From Adineta vaga (Eukaryota > Animalia > Rotifera), in NCBI GenBank assembly GCA_021613535.1, contig CP075493.1, forward strand, positions 9,734,001 through 9,798,000: a DNA stretch of 64,000 nt. Reading direction: 5' to 3'. The first letter of the stretch is position 1; each line of letters begins with the position of its first letter. A model generated the notes under the pieces. The model had not been told where the DNA came from and searched no databases. It saw only the letters and a list, made by a program, of their open reading frames with translations. This document shows positions 27,073 through 41,469 of this stretch, in pieces. The position numbers were made by a program, and so were the translations under genes.

Positions 27073-29717
27073 ATGAATACAGATAATCTTGGCGTTAGTG
27101 GAGCAGGTCTCGGTGTCACCAATGATCCCTATGGGCATCATCATCATCACCTAACTCATCCTCATCTTCTTCCACCTCATCATTCACAACATTCATCAGC
27201 ACTCTATTGTTCTTCGTCCCATCCTTATACGGAATTATTTTCTCCATTTTCTACTGATTTTATCGCATCACACGATACAAGCTCGAATAATGGTGTACCT
27301 ACAGATTATTTAACTCTACAAAATTCGCTTGATTATGTTGTTTCACAGCATCATCATCATCACCATCAACAACAACAGCAACAACAGCAACATCTTCATC
27401 AAATAACATCATCATCAAATGGCGAACGAATGCCATCTTCTACTGGCACAGGTATTACTGGTTCGGATTCTTCTCCATCGCATTCATTTGCAACAAGCAG
27501 TGGCTATTCATCAGCAGCTGATTATTACAATACATCAATATTAAATTCCAAGACAGGTCACAATAATGCAAATACATCGAGTACAAATAACTCGATCAAC
27601 AATAACAATAATAATAATAATAATACACCGACCACAAATACAAGTAGCCATAGTCCATATGATGGAACATCAACAGCAAGTACATCATCACCACCACAAT
27701 CTACAGGATATTTACCGACAACTATTAAACAAGAAACAATGATGCCAGGCACATTTGCCATCGATCCGCATAGTAATTATGGTACGTTTTAAATCTACAT
27801 CTTTCATTTCATTTCATCATATTTTCTCCTCTTTTTTTGTTCATCAATAGGAAACATTAATGGTTCATCAACGGTAACCAATCTTGGATCAACAAACAAT
27901 TCGAATAATCCAAATTTTGGTCTCGGTGGTGTTGATGATTATAGTTCTTCATTATATCATTCATCTGCAGCAAATGGCTATCCATCTTATTCAACAACAG
28001 GTCTTTTACAAACAACTTATCCTGTTGGACAATATGGTGTTTCTCATTCTGATCAAATGCGATTGTATAGTTCACAATTAAAACATGATTTTGGGTAAGA
28101 AAAATAAAATTTAGATAAGATCAATATTGAAAAAGTTCTTTTTGATGTTTAGCATTGATATGCGTTTTAAATTAGTTGGTAATCAACGTGTCTCACCAAA
28201 TGCGGAAGTCTCTCCATCACAACTATGTGCTGTTTGTCAAGGTAAATTACTCCTTATCATATTCAAATAATAATATCTGTATCCCACTATTTATTTACAG
28301 ATTCAGCTCAATGTCAGCATTATGGTGTTCGAACTTGTGAAGGTAAATTCATTATCTGATTATTTTTTTTCTTCTTCTTATTCTTTCGGTCTTTTTCCTA
28401 GGATGTAAAGGATTCTTCAAAGTAAGTTGAATTCTTCTATTGAAGAGATAATCTCTTTCAATCGGATATCTAAATAGAATTGTTTCATGTTTATTTAGCG
28501 AACAGTACAAAAGAATGCTAAATATGTATGTTTGGCAGATAAAAATTGTCCTGTAGATAAGCGACGTCGAAATCGATGTCAATATTGTCGATTTCAAACA
28601 TGTATTGCTGTTGGAATGGATAAAGAAGGTATGTTAGAAGATGATCTTAATCATCTATTCGTTTTTGTTTCTAGTTGTTCGGACTGATGCATTGAAAGGT
28701 CGTCGTGGTCGTTTACCATCAAAACCAAAATGTCCGAGTAGTCGTCAACCGAATAGTTTTCAAACTCAATTCTGTCGTTTCTTTAATGATTCCATACCAA
28801 ATCCGGCCAATCTTGATTTTAGCAAATTAAATGTAAAGAATTTGTTTATTTCGAATTGAAGAATTCTATTTGTTTCTTTTGATTTTAGTATCGAACAGTG
28901 ACAAATAAAGAAAGTTTATGTGAAGAAAAATTACTTGTTTATGATGCTTTTACACGTTCATGCGATATAATTAAACAATGGGTCGATAAATTTTCATTAT
29001 TCTATTCCATTCAAAATAATGAACGTGATCGTTTATTTTCGAATTGTTTATTAGAACAAATTGTATTTCGTACGGCCATACGTCTTGATGGTGATCGAGT
29101 TGTACTATGTTCTGGTATCGTTGCACATAAAGTTCAAGTTAATTATTTACTTGGTGATGTAGCACAACTTATTTACGATTATGGATCAACATTAAAAATG
29201 CATAAAATTGATTCAATCATCGCAGCAACACTTGCATCAATATTATTATTAGATTCAAATAATTCTGGTAAGAATTCATCGGATTTGTCGTCGATAATTC
29301 ATAGGGAAAAATATTCACTCATATTTTAGATTATGTTTATCATCGAACACCATTATCATCAACAGTTACTGAACTTTATCAAAAAATTGTTGATTCATTG
29401 AAAGACTATTTAAAACAACAACATGAAGATAGTTCAGTTTATTTGCAATTATTAGATCGGCTGAACGAAGCCAGACGTATTGCACACATTTTAAGAAAAC
29501 GCCTATCACTCTATCGACATACAACTGGATTAAGCAATACAATGAATACATTACTTGATCTTGTGTATGTAAAAATAAAATTAAAAAAAAAACTTTATAT
29601 ATTATTTGTTTTCTTTCTCTCATCTTTTCTAGATTGGAATGTAAACCAATTTCAAATGATTTACAATCGAATAACGAAGAAAATTCAACGTTACCATTTA
29701 TTCAATATGATCTATGA
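27073..29717 (+). CDS. NR4A: Nuclear receptor subfamily 4 group A (Nurr1/HR38-like)
   Basis: [62 protein letters not shown] plus the A-box [19 protein letters not shown]. His/Gln/Asn-rich N-terminus and a divergent LBD. Confidence 0.95.
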
Positions 29718-31954
29718 CCACATTTTTTTTCTTTTCATTTCTCTTCCTATTTATAAACTTTTCTTCCAAAAGTATTATTTCAATCGATTGCCACCATCAC
29801 CGATGTTCTTCAGTAGTTATTTAAGTCATACGGGTCACACCTTTGTTTGTCTTCCATAACCTACACCTCTACACACCTTCAAGATTCTTTTTTGATTGTC
29901 TTTCGTTCTTGTTGTTGTACAGCACTTGATTAATAATGATGATAATAACGACTGAGGGACAAACATATACATCCAAAAACAAAACCGTATTTTCTCTTCC
30001 GTTCGGTCTTCCACATCAAACCCTTTCATCTTCACTGTCACTAATTTGACCGATTTGTTCTTATTGCTTGTATACAACCTTTGTGGTCTTTATTCTTTTT
30101 TTTTCATTTCCTATTATCTTTGTTATTGAAACAGAGATTGCTTTGCTCTTTTTCTTTTCTACTAAATATTATGCGCAACGAAAAAAAGGAAATTCAATAA
30201 AATAAATTATAGAAAATGAATCCGTCAATATTCATTCATATGTTTTACAATAATTCGTCTGAAGGATTTTATCGAATTCTATCAATGTTTCAACAGTATA
30301 GTCGAGATTTCGAGACTGAACTATTTATATAAGATATACATCTAAGAATGATTCTATTATATGAATATACGATTTTAGAACTCATTTCTAATAAATCGAA
30401 TCGGATCGAATTCATTGATACAACAACTCGTTTGATCATTATAAAGATTCTTGAAAATTGTATTATTAATTATTAAGTCAAATGATGAATTATTGTATTC
30501 GTGGAAGATGTTCTGTATTTTTGAAGCATAATAAGATCACTGAGGAATCCAGTACTAGGGATTATGCTGTAGGCGAATTTCTACAAGTACTTGACAATCA
30601 ATTCTCAAAACACCGAATAAAGTTGGATTTATATCAATAGTAGTTAGAAATTGATTAATCGACATGTATCAATATTTGATCATAGAGGATATTCTGGAAG
30701 TGGATAATTCATTCAAAACTTCGATTTTTATTGAAGAGGAACTATTTGAACTGGTTCTCTTCGTATCAGTGCTCAATTCTATGACTATCATTTCACTTTT
30801 GCCACCAGTTTACAACGTAGATGTCTCAGAAAGATGTTCTATTTTGCCTTGTTTTTTGCGTAGTTACAAATAAATTGAATTAACTAATCAAAGAAAGAAA
30901 CTTTCTGTTTGTTTGTTTCTTGTATGTAATCAAGAAATGTGAGACAGGTGTGTCTCGATGTTCGCTAGCGTGGGTTGTTTGTTTTTCTTGGGTATATGAA
31001 TGTGTTCGATGTACACTGGCAATTATCATCACGATGATATTTGCCGAAATGTTACCAGTGTATTGGTATATATATATATATGGTACGTATACAATCGACA
31101 ACCGTTTTGAATTACAAGAGAAGAAAAAAAAAACTAAAAGGGCGATTTGGTATCTCATTCCTTCGATCATCGTTGTTCTGTATCGATAATTATATTTCTT
31201 AAAGTTTTTCGTTTCTCCTTTTTTTATATGTTTAGTTTCGATTTTAATAATTGTATGTTTAAATATGATTGTAAAAAGAGCAATCGGATGCCGATCTAGC
31301 AATAATGGCGTCGTCAATGTCATGTCCTTTACTTAGAACAAAAGAAATTGTTCTTTCTCGACTCCAATCACCAACCAATCAAACAATGTATGTATAAACA
31401 CATATGCCAATCTTGTCGTTTTTTCCGGTAGTATTGATGTGTTCTCTATACTCATCATCTATCTGGTTACAAATGTTCTTTATTTGATATGACTACAAAG
31501 ATGGAAGCATGAGCAGAGAGAGAGAGAGAGAGAGAACGATGGAGAGAAACTTTTCACCGATGTTGTCATCGCGGGTGCCATATCATCATCATCACCATCA
31601 CAATAACATTGCCTGAAGGTTTCATCTACCACCAGTTGCAACTAATCAGGCTACTTTTGCGTCTCACCAATGTTGATCTCTATCTAGACATCTATTCTTT
31701 CATTCAGCTTTTTCTTGTATGGTATGTGCACCTTATTCTATTTGTACATTTTTTCTTGATGCACTGATGATGAAGATGTGTAATCAAAGGAATGAGAGAG
31801 AAAGAGTAAGACAACAACAGGTGTTCGTGTCTGTTATATAGTGCTATTAAGAAACAGAAAAGTATGCGTATGTTGCGCCTATTGTTAGTCAATAGAAAGA
31901 GATACAAACTGCTCAAAATACATCAATTGTCTATTGTTCTAGAAACAATCAGTA

Positions 31955-32883
31955 ATGTGTGACGAAACCGAAGAAAATCTTATTGAAGACACAGATTCAG
32001 AAGATGAAACAACAGGTATTATGACTGATACAACAACATCAATAGGCAACTCAACAAGTACAAAAACGGTCGTTAACGGACGAAAATCTCTTCGAACACC
32101 TAAATGTGCACGTTGTCGAAATCATGGTGTTGTCTCTTGTCTAAAAGTAAATATGTATATATGAGAGGCAAAATTAATCTTTTTTCGGTTTGTATTTATT
32201 AGGGTCACAAAAAATATTGCCGCTGGCGTGATTGTACGTGTGCAAGTTGTTTATTAGTTGTCGAACGACAACGCATTATGGCTGCTCAAGTAGCTTTACG
32301 TAGGTACGTTAAATTATCATAAAACAAAATGATAATATAGCATTTCATTAAATCTGATTTTCTTTAGACAACAAGCAACAATAAATACAAATAAGACAAC
32401 AACAGTGACAAACAGTAATAAATATCGAAGTTCAGCTCTATTTTTAGAACAAAAACGTCTTGCTGTACAAAAGAATTTAAGACAATTACAAGAAAGTTCC
32501 ATATCCCGCGATGTTATTCGAAGTAAGATACCATCTCTGATCGTATGTCTTTCATAAAACGTTTGTTTTTTTTCTATTTTGTGTTGCAAGGTCTCAAAGC
32601 TAAAAGTCATAAGAATGAAAACAATAGTTTAAATCGTTTTGCTACGACTCCAGTTCTGAATGATCGATTACGTAAACGTCGTTGTTTTGCTGATAAAGAA
32701 TTGGACAATATTCCGGCAATAGCAACAACAATTGAAACAATGGTAGTCAACAGTGCTTTTCGTATGGCAAATTTATCACGTTTTCGTACACGAGATACTT
32801 TAGTATCATCATTTTCGACGAATAAATCAACACAAAAGAAATTGACTGATTTTTCTGTCGCGGCCATTATTGGTCAAAGTTAA
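31955..32883 (+). CDS. DMRT2: Doublesex/mab-3 related transcription factor, DMRT2/Dmrt11E class
   Basis: DM domain [58 protein letters not shown]2-type motif [14 protein letters not shown] and C-terminal FSVAAII. Confidence 0.92.
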
Positions 32884-33135
32884 TCTATTTTATACTGTTT
32901 TATGAAAAAATTATGTTTGAAAGAAATGAAAAAACTATTTTTTTTCCATGCCTACTTCTTTTTATGTGAACAAAATATGCGAGTGATATCTATTCTATGA
33001 TGGATAACTGAAGAATCAATGTTGAAAAAGAGAGATTTTTTTCGTTGTACCTGCAGGCATACAGTACGTAACAACGATCTTTAGATTGTGTCAATAGTCG
33101 ATCACATGCATCATTGAATGCATCGTTTGGAATTG

Positions 33136-33162
33136 TATATATATATATATATATATATATAA
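33136..33162. repeat. (TA)n microsatellite
   Basis: Direct read of the sequence. Other short simple repeats: (GA)n ~31516-31534, (GAA)n ~11496-11518 and (TTG)n ~11323-11345. Confidence 0.85.
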
Positions 33163-33895
33163 ATATATGTCGAGAGTAGATTCTTCTCAATAACCTTATT
33201 CACTACTCTCGACATTTATTTTATTGCCGTACTAGTAATGAGATCCGATGCATAGGCAACTTTGTTTTTTCTTTCAGGCAAATCCATCGTATAACCGTTG
33301 TTCATGTGACTATGCATTATTTCGATAGAACAGGTAAGTATCGAAAACTAATAACTCTGTGACAATTTCAGATTCTTGAATATGAATACTTATGTGATAA
33401 ATTTGACCGATTAATTCCGACTGGAAAAGAATGAGTGGATAAGTACGGTGTCATCAGAAATATAATGTAACATTTAAACAATTTTTTCAGTATGTTAAAC
33501 ATTAGCGTAATTGAAGTTAAGAGTATGTGTATCATGTAATTAAAATTAATATCTCGCAAAGATTTTTGAATTACTTCTTTTTTAATAAAAAGTTTTTTGT
33601 TAATTAAATAATAATCTGATAAATTATTAGCTGCGTTATCTAGTACTTTTCATTATATCTTCACAGCTTCGAAAAATTAGCATTTAAATTTTTATATTTA
33701 AGTCAGTATTTCAAAACAAAACATAAGCTATTTAATTGTCATAGTGCCCGAAAACATTAAAATCTTACAATTAAAAATCTGCTAACTGAAGCTATTAATC
33801 CTATGTAATAGATGACATTTCTTCAACCAAATATAAGCTTACAAAACATGATAAAACGTTTTATTTCATAGAAGAATCAATCACAGTATAATGAA

Positions 33896-34186
33896 CTAAG
33901 AATGATTATTAGCAAGAAAAGTATTTCGATTGGTATCTATTTCCGTAGCCACTGTATTATATGCAGGTGGCGGCTGTTCCATTGGTATTGTCCAACACAT
34001 TTGCGGATGCTGTAATTGTTGATGAGGAGGTACAGACGGATAATATTGAGGATCAGGACACACGACGACTTGCATAGGATATGGCATAATATGTCGATGA
34101 GCATATTTTACACGTACTAAATATGCTACGATAGACATAAATATAGAAAAAACGGCTATTCCAATAAAAATTGAATACATAGTCAT
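33896..34186 (-). CDS. Small single-pass membrane protein with Pro-rich tail and PPxY motif (WBP1/VOPP1/Shisa-like architecture)
   Basis: Hydrophobic SIFIGIAVFSIFMSIVAYLV, basic stop-transfer RVK, and a P/Y/Q-rich tail containing QPPPAY. The ORF is open up to 34264. Confidence 0.6.
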   Translation of the reverse strand: MTMYSIFIGIAVFSIFMSIVAYLVRVKYAHRHIMPYPMQVVVCPDPQYYPSVPPHQQLQHPQMCWTIPMEQPPPAYNTVATEIDTNRNTFLANNHS

Positions 34187-35157
34187 ATCTTTGAAAGATC
34201 TGTGTGTACCGTCGTAAGAAATAAGATAGAAAAGAGAAGTATGGAAAGTTTTATACTCGTTCACGGTCTCTTTTCACTAATACGAAGAAAAAAAGAATAA
34301 ACTCCGAGAATATTTTCTTTTCTTCGCGTTCAAGGTTACGCGGGTGACGATGATAACTCCATAAGCTCTGAAGTTTTTGCCTGCCTACATATAATTATCA
34401 TATTTGACAGTAGAATATTTTATGATGTTACGCGCCCTGTAGTGCGTAAAAGAAGAGAAATCCACGTGCTTTCTATTCTACACTGTGACAGACGGATTTC
34501 ATTTCTTTTTATTTTCTTCATAAGTATCTCATTTAATCTGACCTTTTTTTGAATTATTCTTCACGCCTGCGTACTTAACAAAGACTTATTATTATTATAA
34601 AGACAAAACGAACTTTGCCATGAGGATGAATCTTTTCCGAGTTAGCAAGTCATATATTTCATATTGACATCATAGATAGACGAGAGTCTAAATCTTAGAA
34701 GATTATGTTTAATAAGTAAGATATTTTAATCTTTCAATTGGTTTTCATCGACAAACTTTTCTTTTTATCGTTTGAGAAAAAAAAATAAGAAAAAAAATGT
34801 CAACAGCACATATGATAAGAGAATCAGAAGAAAAAGGGGAAAGAAACATCTAGACAAGACATTGAAAGCCCTAAAGCATTGGATGTGTCTTGTTTTGAAC
34901 TGTAGAAATACGAGATAGCCGTATTTACAACCATACGTAATTCCCAATATGGAGAGAAGCAAGAAAATGAACATTTCTATTCTAACAAAAAGGAAACGTG
35001 AAGAGAAAAAAAAACGGATACATATACAAGCATCTGCATAGAACGAATATCCCTGAAGGAAAAAGAATGGAAACAACAACAAAAAATAATATATAAACAC
35101 GTCACCAAATTCTTAAAGAACCGGACACGTTAACTAATAGAGAGAACTAAAGAAAAA

Positions 35158-38100
35158 TCATTCAGTAACAACGACAACAGTTGAATTTGTAGTACATTCG
35201 TCATGTTCTTGTTGATGATGATTATTATTGGAAATGCGTACATGAAGATCGGTAAATATCTGTTCAATATATTGCTTTAACATTATATCTCGACTATCTG
35301 AACTTTGCGAGACCTTATAAAGAAACAAGATATTGATGAAAATATCGTTGCAAAAAAATATTATCTTACTGTTGAATAAAGATTTTCTAATTCATTCAAT
35401 CGTTTATGAAGATCATCAACAAGATCATTGATAACTGGCATACGATCGTCATTGATAATTGATTCACTAAGAAAATTTTAAAGAGTCATAATTAAAATAG
35501 AGATTTGTAATTTTGAATCTATTTACTCGTCTTTTGTATCATTCATTGCTGTTTCTGATAATGCTGGTTGTAAAACTTTATGTACTTGTTTTATTTGTCG
35601 ATAGTCAGGTATTGAAATACTTCGACGAACTTTAATATCTTTTGAACTATCATTGTCATTTAATGTACAAGCTTGTAAATCATTTGCTGTTTCCAGAGAA
35701 TCAGAACTTTCAATTGAACATGTACTTGATGAACGTTTTGCTGGTTTATTTGGTGAACCTGGTATATCTTGAAGAAGCAATGGTTTTAAACCGAGTACAA
35801 CCGTTCGATAAAAACAATCTTGAGCCCATTTAGGCATTTGATCATTGGTTGTATTATCTAATTCTCGTAGTGGTAAACCGGATGATTCTTGTAAAGAGGA
35901 ATTTGATGTTAGATGATGATAATGTTTTGTTTGATCGTTCTCTTTCGTTTGATTTATTTTTGTTGGAGATGAAGTATTTGATGATGACGTGGATGAAGAT
36001 GATGATGGATGACTCGGTGCAGTTGGCAAATTGGGCGGACGTCGAGGAACACGAGAGATTTTTACTCGACGTAATGTTGTTACTTTTGATTGTGACATTG
36101 CACTAGCGGAAGAATAAGATTTTGTGTTGAACGAGATTTCGTCATGCTTTTAGAAACTGATATTGGACGCGTATCTGTAGGAATAACAGAAGGTACACGA
36201 CGTGCTTGAGTATTCATAGTTAATGATGTCGCAGATGTGGATGAAACAAAAGTTGGTACTGGTGGTGGAGTCGATGATGTTGTACCTTCACGAAGTTTAC
36301 TCATAGAACTGGATGTATGTGCTGCATAGGATGGAAGACAAGAATGAGATGAAGATGAGGATGTTGTGTCTCCAGTATTATTGTTCAGTGAAAGAGTTGA
36401 TGAACGAAAACGATCTTCAGATTGAGCTCGGTTACCTATTAAAAAAAAAGAAATATATAGAATGAATGAACAAATCAACATTGACTGACCACGAGTTTTT
36501 CGTGTTGTTGATGCTTTTGGTGGTGCTGTTTTCGGTTCAACGTTATTTGTCATGTTTGATTTTCCATTTTTATACGTGCGATTGGATGAAATAGAAAGAT
36601 CTTCTTGTGTCGTGCTTACTGATGTGCATAATGTTTCTGTCATTCTAAAAAGAATGAAATATTTATATAAAAATAATCTGATTGATTTGTTTTCGATATC
36701 GTACGTTATTTCTTTCGATACTGAACGAAAACGAGATGAAACACTTTTTCGTCGTTGAAGTTGCCGTGTGGAGAGTTCATCATCAATAGTTGTATTTTCT
36801 ATTAAATTCTCATGATCATAATTTTCTATAAAAAATGAATTTATTTTTCCATTTGTTGTATCTGCATTTGTTGTTGTTGGATCATCTTCTATAGAAAGAA
36901 AGATCTCAATATAAAATTTAGTAATAACAAGAAGAAACATGCCTTCATCGAGAAAAACCGATTCATCGTCTTGTGAACTTGCTGAACGAATCATTTTATC
37001 TGATGAACTAAAAATACAAAGGTTTTCACATTGTATAGAACATGCATATTTTGTACTTACTCTTCATTGACAATATCCGGCAACGGTGCACGTGTATTTT
37101 TTGAATCAAATGGCTAAAACAAAGTATACTCTTTGTATTGACATATTTTGAAAAATAAACTACAAACTGGTATCGAGGTTCTGCTGTTGCCCATAAACTA
37201 CGTTGCCGTTTTGATTGTGGTTGATGTTCTTCGATAATACTTGGTGTCTAGATGATAAAGACATGACTTCTTAAAATAACATAATATACACTATCGAGAT
37301 TATCTACCTGTGAAATTGATTCTTCCACTTCGGTACTAAAACAATATCATAGATGTTGTATATTTATCAAAAGAAATGAAACTTACATTTCCAAATCAGT
37401 TGATTTTGCTAATGATGCTGATTGTAATCGACAAAGAGATGGTACAATTGCCAATTCCGAAAGATTCCAAACGAAGATACAACTAAAATTTCCGAGAAAT
37501 AATGAAAGATAAAACAGAAAATCATTCAGTAATCTTACCTATCACCCGATATCGTATATAGATGATGTCCATCATGACTAAATTTTAAATCTGTAACAAT
37601 TTCACTATGACCACACAGTGATGCAACACATTCCGTTGTAATTATATCCCAAAGATAAACACATTTATTCGAACATGATGTAGCTAAGTATCGGCCTGAT
37701 GTGTCAATATCGATTTTGATTAAATAACCTGTATCGTCATTCATTGAACCCTTACATGTTCGAACTCGTTTACCATCTTGAGTATTATACACTCTATAAC
37801 ATAAGTACGTATGTATGAATACAAAGTATTTTGTTTTCATTTCTTTTTACCTAATCATTCGATCTTGACAAGCTGTGTAGACAAGTTCACGATTATGATC
37901 GATTGCTAGATCATAGAATGTTTGTTTTTCTACAATATTATTGGAACGAATGAATTGATATTTGCCATTTTCAGTCTACAAAAAGCATTGCAAATCTTTG
38001 TTATGTATTTTCTGTGACAAACGATAATGTCTTCTCTTACTTTAGAAATTGATCGAAATATCAATGATTTATCAGCACTACATGTAATTAATTGTAGATT

Positions 38101-41100
38101 TGATGTTACTGATGAAACTGTAAATCGAACAGCAGTAATCGCCGCAGAATGATCATCTAATGTTGCTACGAGTTGATACTCTTTCGATGCATCAAAGATA
38201 TGAACAAAACGATCACGACTGCTTGATGCCAAAAATGTTATACCTAAATTTTGTTTTGAACAAAAGATAATTCATTACTATTCAAAAGTAAATACAAACC
38301 CCAATCTGTTGATTGACCATAATCAACGCTAAGTACTTCACTATCATGTGCTTCAACAAGGGCAATTTGTTTAAATGTTTGCATATCAAGTATACGTATA
38401 TTTCCATTACGATCACCAATAGCGATGGACGAACCATCAGGATTAATTTTCAAACAGCGACCACCGATTTTTGGAACAAATTCAGGTCGTTCTACAATGA
38501 AAATGATCGCATTTATTCTTATTAATTTCCTTGACACTAAAAGAGAGTTTTTCATTTACTAACCTTGAGTTGTTTGACTATCGCAAAGTTTGGAATAATC
38601 TTCATCTAAACAGACAATTTTTATTAATTGTCTACTGAAAATATTTGCTGCTGGAGATGGTGCAAAATATGAATCAACTTCACCATGATCTAACGACCAA
38701 AATCGAATAGTATTATCAGATGAACATGTTATACATGTTAAATGTCGAAGAAATGAAGGTGATGTAGTTGTTCGAGCATATGTCTAAAATTCATTTAATT
38801 TTAGGTTAAAAAGAACAAAGACATGAAAAGATCAATTTACTTCAATTCCCCAGACACATCCTGCATGATACATATGTGAATCACGTTTTTTAATTGCTTT
38901 GCCGTTTTTAATATCCCAAATGTAGAAGCTATGATCACTGTAGAAACATGTTAACTAAAACAAAGTTCGAAAGAAAAACAATGAATAAAGAAAAATCATT
39001 CAATTTACCACTGATTTATCTTCATCTAAACAAACAGCAATCGTATCTGGAAAGGATATATTCTGCTGTTGAGGATAGATCATTTGACTACAAGAACGAA
39101 TATGAAATCAACAAACAGCATTTTGAATTATCTTACTCAATCGAGGTGATAAAACTAATATCAACACCCAAATAATGTGGTAAAGGTATCGACATAATAT
39201 ATTCAAGAGTTTGAGGAGAAAATATATAGATAGCACCTTTGGCACAGCCAACCACCAGATATAAATCACCGATAGCTAAACAATTAGTTTTCTCCTATTT
39301 AAAGAGTCAATAGAAGATTTAAATCGACAAGACAATGTTTTCTTACTTGAAGATCTCGTTCACCTCGCATTTGACGTTGTTCATCAAATTGACAAATAAG
39401 ACCATTTGATGTAATCACATAAGTCATTCCAGCACAATCACCACGACCACAAACAACATCAGTAAAGAAATTATCTTTACGTTCAGCTAAGATTGCATAA
39501 CGACCACGTAATGGAACAACTTCAAGCTATTTTTCGAAGGAGAAAAACAAACACTTCATCTTTTATTCTTATTTCGAAATAACATACCGAAGCTGTCGAT
39601 ATTAAATACCAAAATTTTACATGACGATTACCAACTGTCACAAAATAACTTCCATCTTCAGCAAAGGCAATACGACGAATCTACAATAAGACAAAAATCT
39701 TATTCATAAAAATCTTCAAAAAAAGTATAATAATCTTACAGAACATGTACATTTATTTGAAGCCAATTTTTTCTTATCTTTCCAACTCCATACATAGATA
39801 TTACCGTCATGTAAAGAACCAATCGAAACAAGACGATCAACATTGGGTGAAAAACACTAAAGAAAATGACATAATAAAAATATTAGTTCTATTCCAGATG
39901 AATAAATTTTAATTTTGTGAAAGTTTTTAGTCAATAAAGAATATTACTTAGATATACTTACAACTGAATCGATAGCAAATTTATGATCACCTAACTCGAT
40001 GGCAACCGTTTTATCACCAGCTAAATCCCATACGCGAACTTTAGGATCATGTCCACACTAGAAATAATATAAAAATGCACATTTCATACTTTTGATGAGG
40101 AATCAAATTAAAGAATTTACTTCGCCAGTTGCAATGTATCGTCCATCGGGAGAAATTGATAATGATGTAATCGCTTTACGAGCAGTATTAATAATGAAAT
40201 CTTGTTTTTGTGTATTGATATCATAGAGAACAACAGTTGAACTAAGAAAGAACAAATATTCATTAGATATCAATTAATTTCTTGAATTAAATATCATTGA
40301 TTACCCTGCAGCATAAGCTATCGTTGAACGATCTTGACTGACAAGTGAATTTGAGATTGATGTAAAACCAAGGACATGTTCAAGATTAACTTGAAACTAA
40401 AAGGTAAATGCATATTGATATTCAATAATATATATTCAAATGAAATGTCATACTCGAGATGTACTCGATGAAATATCAGATCGTTGAGCTTTACGTTTAA
40501 GTGCAGAATATGATGTCATATTTCCAAGACTTGTTTGTCGACGACGATTAAGATAGAGTGGAGATGAGGAATGAGTATTTTGCGCAAATGAGGCAGTATT
40601 GCCAATTGATAAAGGTGTTGAATGTTGATAGCATTCACTAATTCGCTTATTGGTCAATCGAGTTTCGTCTAAATGAATGATACATCAGAAAAATGAAGTA
40701 ATGATAAGCAAATACCAAGATAAGAATGTGTATATATACATAGATATGAACGGATATATATACATTACAACAAAGCAAAAAAAGCTATTACCTGTTGACC
40801 TCACACAGCAGTGAATATCCTTGAAACTTAGTCACTTATATATTTATAAAATAATATATATACACACAGACCATGCAAACAAAACGTAATCATACAAACA
40901 TATGTTTACACACTAACTAATCATTATCCACAAGTATATAGTTGTCCTTCCTTTCTCTTTCCACTACTACTCATATATGTATATATATATTGATTGTTTG
41001 ACGATGATGATGAGAGGAAGGCCATGTGGCATCGACACAAACATCATCGATCAAAATCAATAAAAAAAAGAAATAAAATCTAACTAATCCGTTTCGAAAG

Positions 41101-41469
41101 ATAACTCAACACTATTAATTAGAATATTATCACTAACATAAAAACGAACGATAATGAATTAAATGAAAAGGAAACAGCTGAGGCATACTCCTTTGGTGAA
41201 TATCGATGCTGTAATGATGACCCATTATAGAATTATTTTTTTAATCTGATAGTTGTTGAAATACAGAGAAAAATGAAGAGAAAAAAAGCAGAGATTAAAT
41301 TCAAATGTATACCGTTTCTTAATGTTGATAATTTAGTTAAACGTTTAACTTTATTGGATTTATTTAATTTAAGTGTGGAAGATCTTGTTGCCAAACGATA
41401 ATGATGTGTTGACGATGATAATGATGTTGATGCTGACTGATGACGAGTTTCATGTTTCTTATGATGCAT
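35158..41469 (-). CDS. WDR62: WD repeat protein WDR62/MAPKBP1; first exon uncertain; apparent 1-nt frameshift at ~36116
   Basis: [101 protein letters not shown] and [14 protein letters not shown]. Confidence 0.88.

Noticed and set aside
27136-27625. CAT/CAA/AAT repeats as a separate repeat element or array
   Set aside because: They encode the poly-His/Gln/Asn tracts of the NR4A N-terminus.
29800-31920. ORFs 30880-31323, 30920-31189 and 31704-31916
   Set aside because: AT-rich chance ORFs in the NR4A 3' / DMRT 5' region with no recognisable domain.
34765-35100. 111-aa Phe/Leu-rich ORF
   Set aside because: Arises from the U-rich 3'UTR of WDR62; a compositional artefact.
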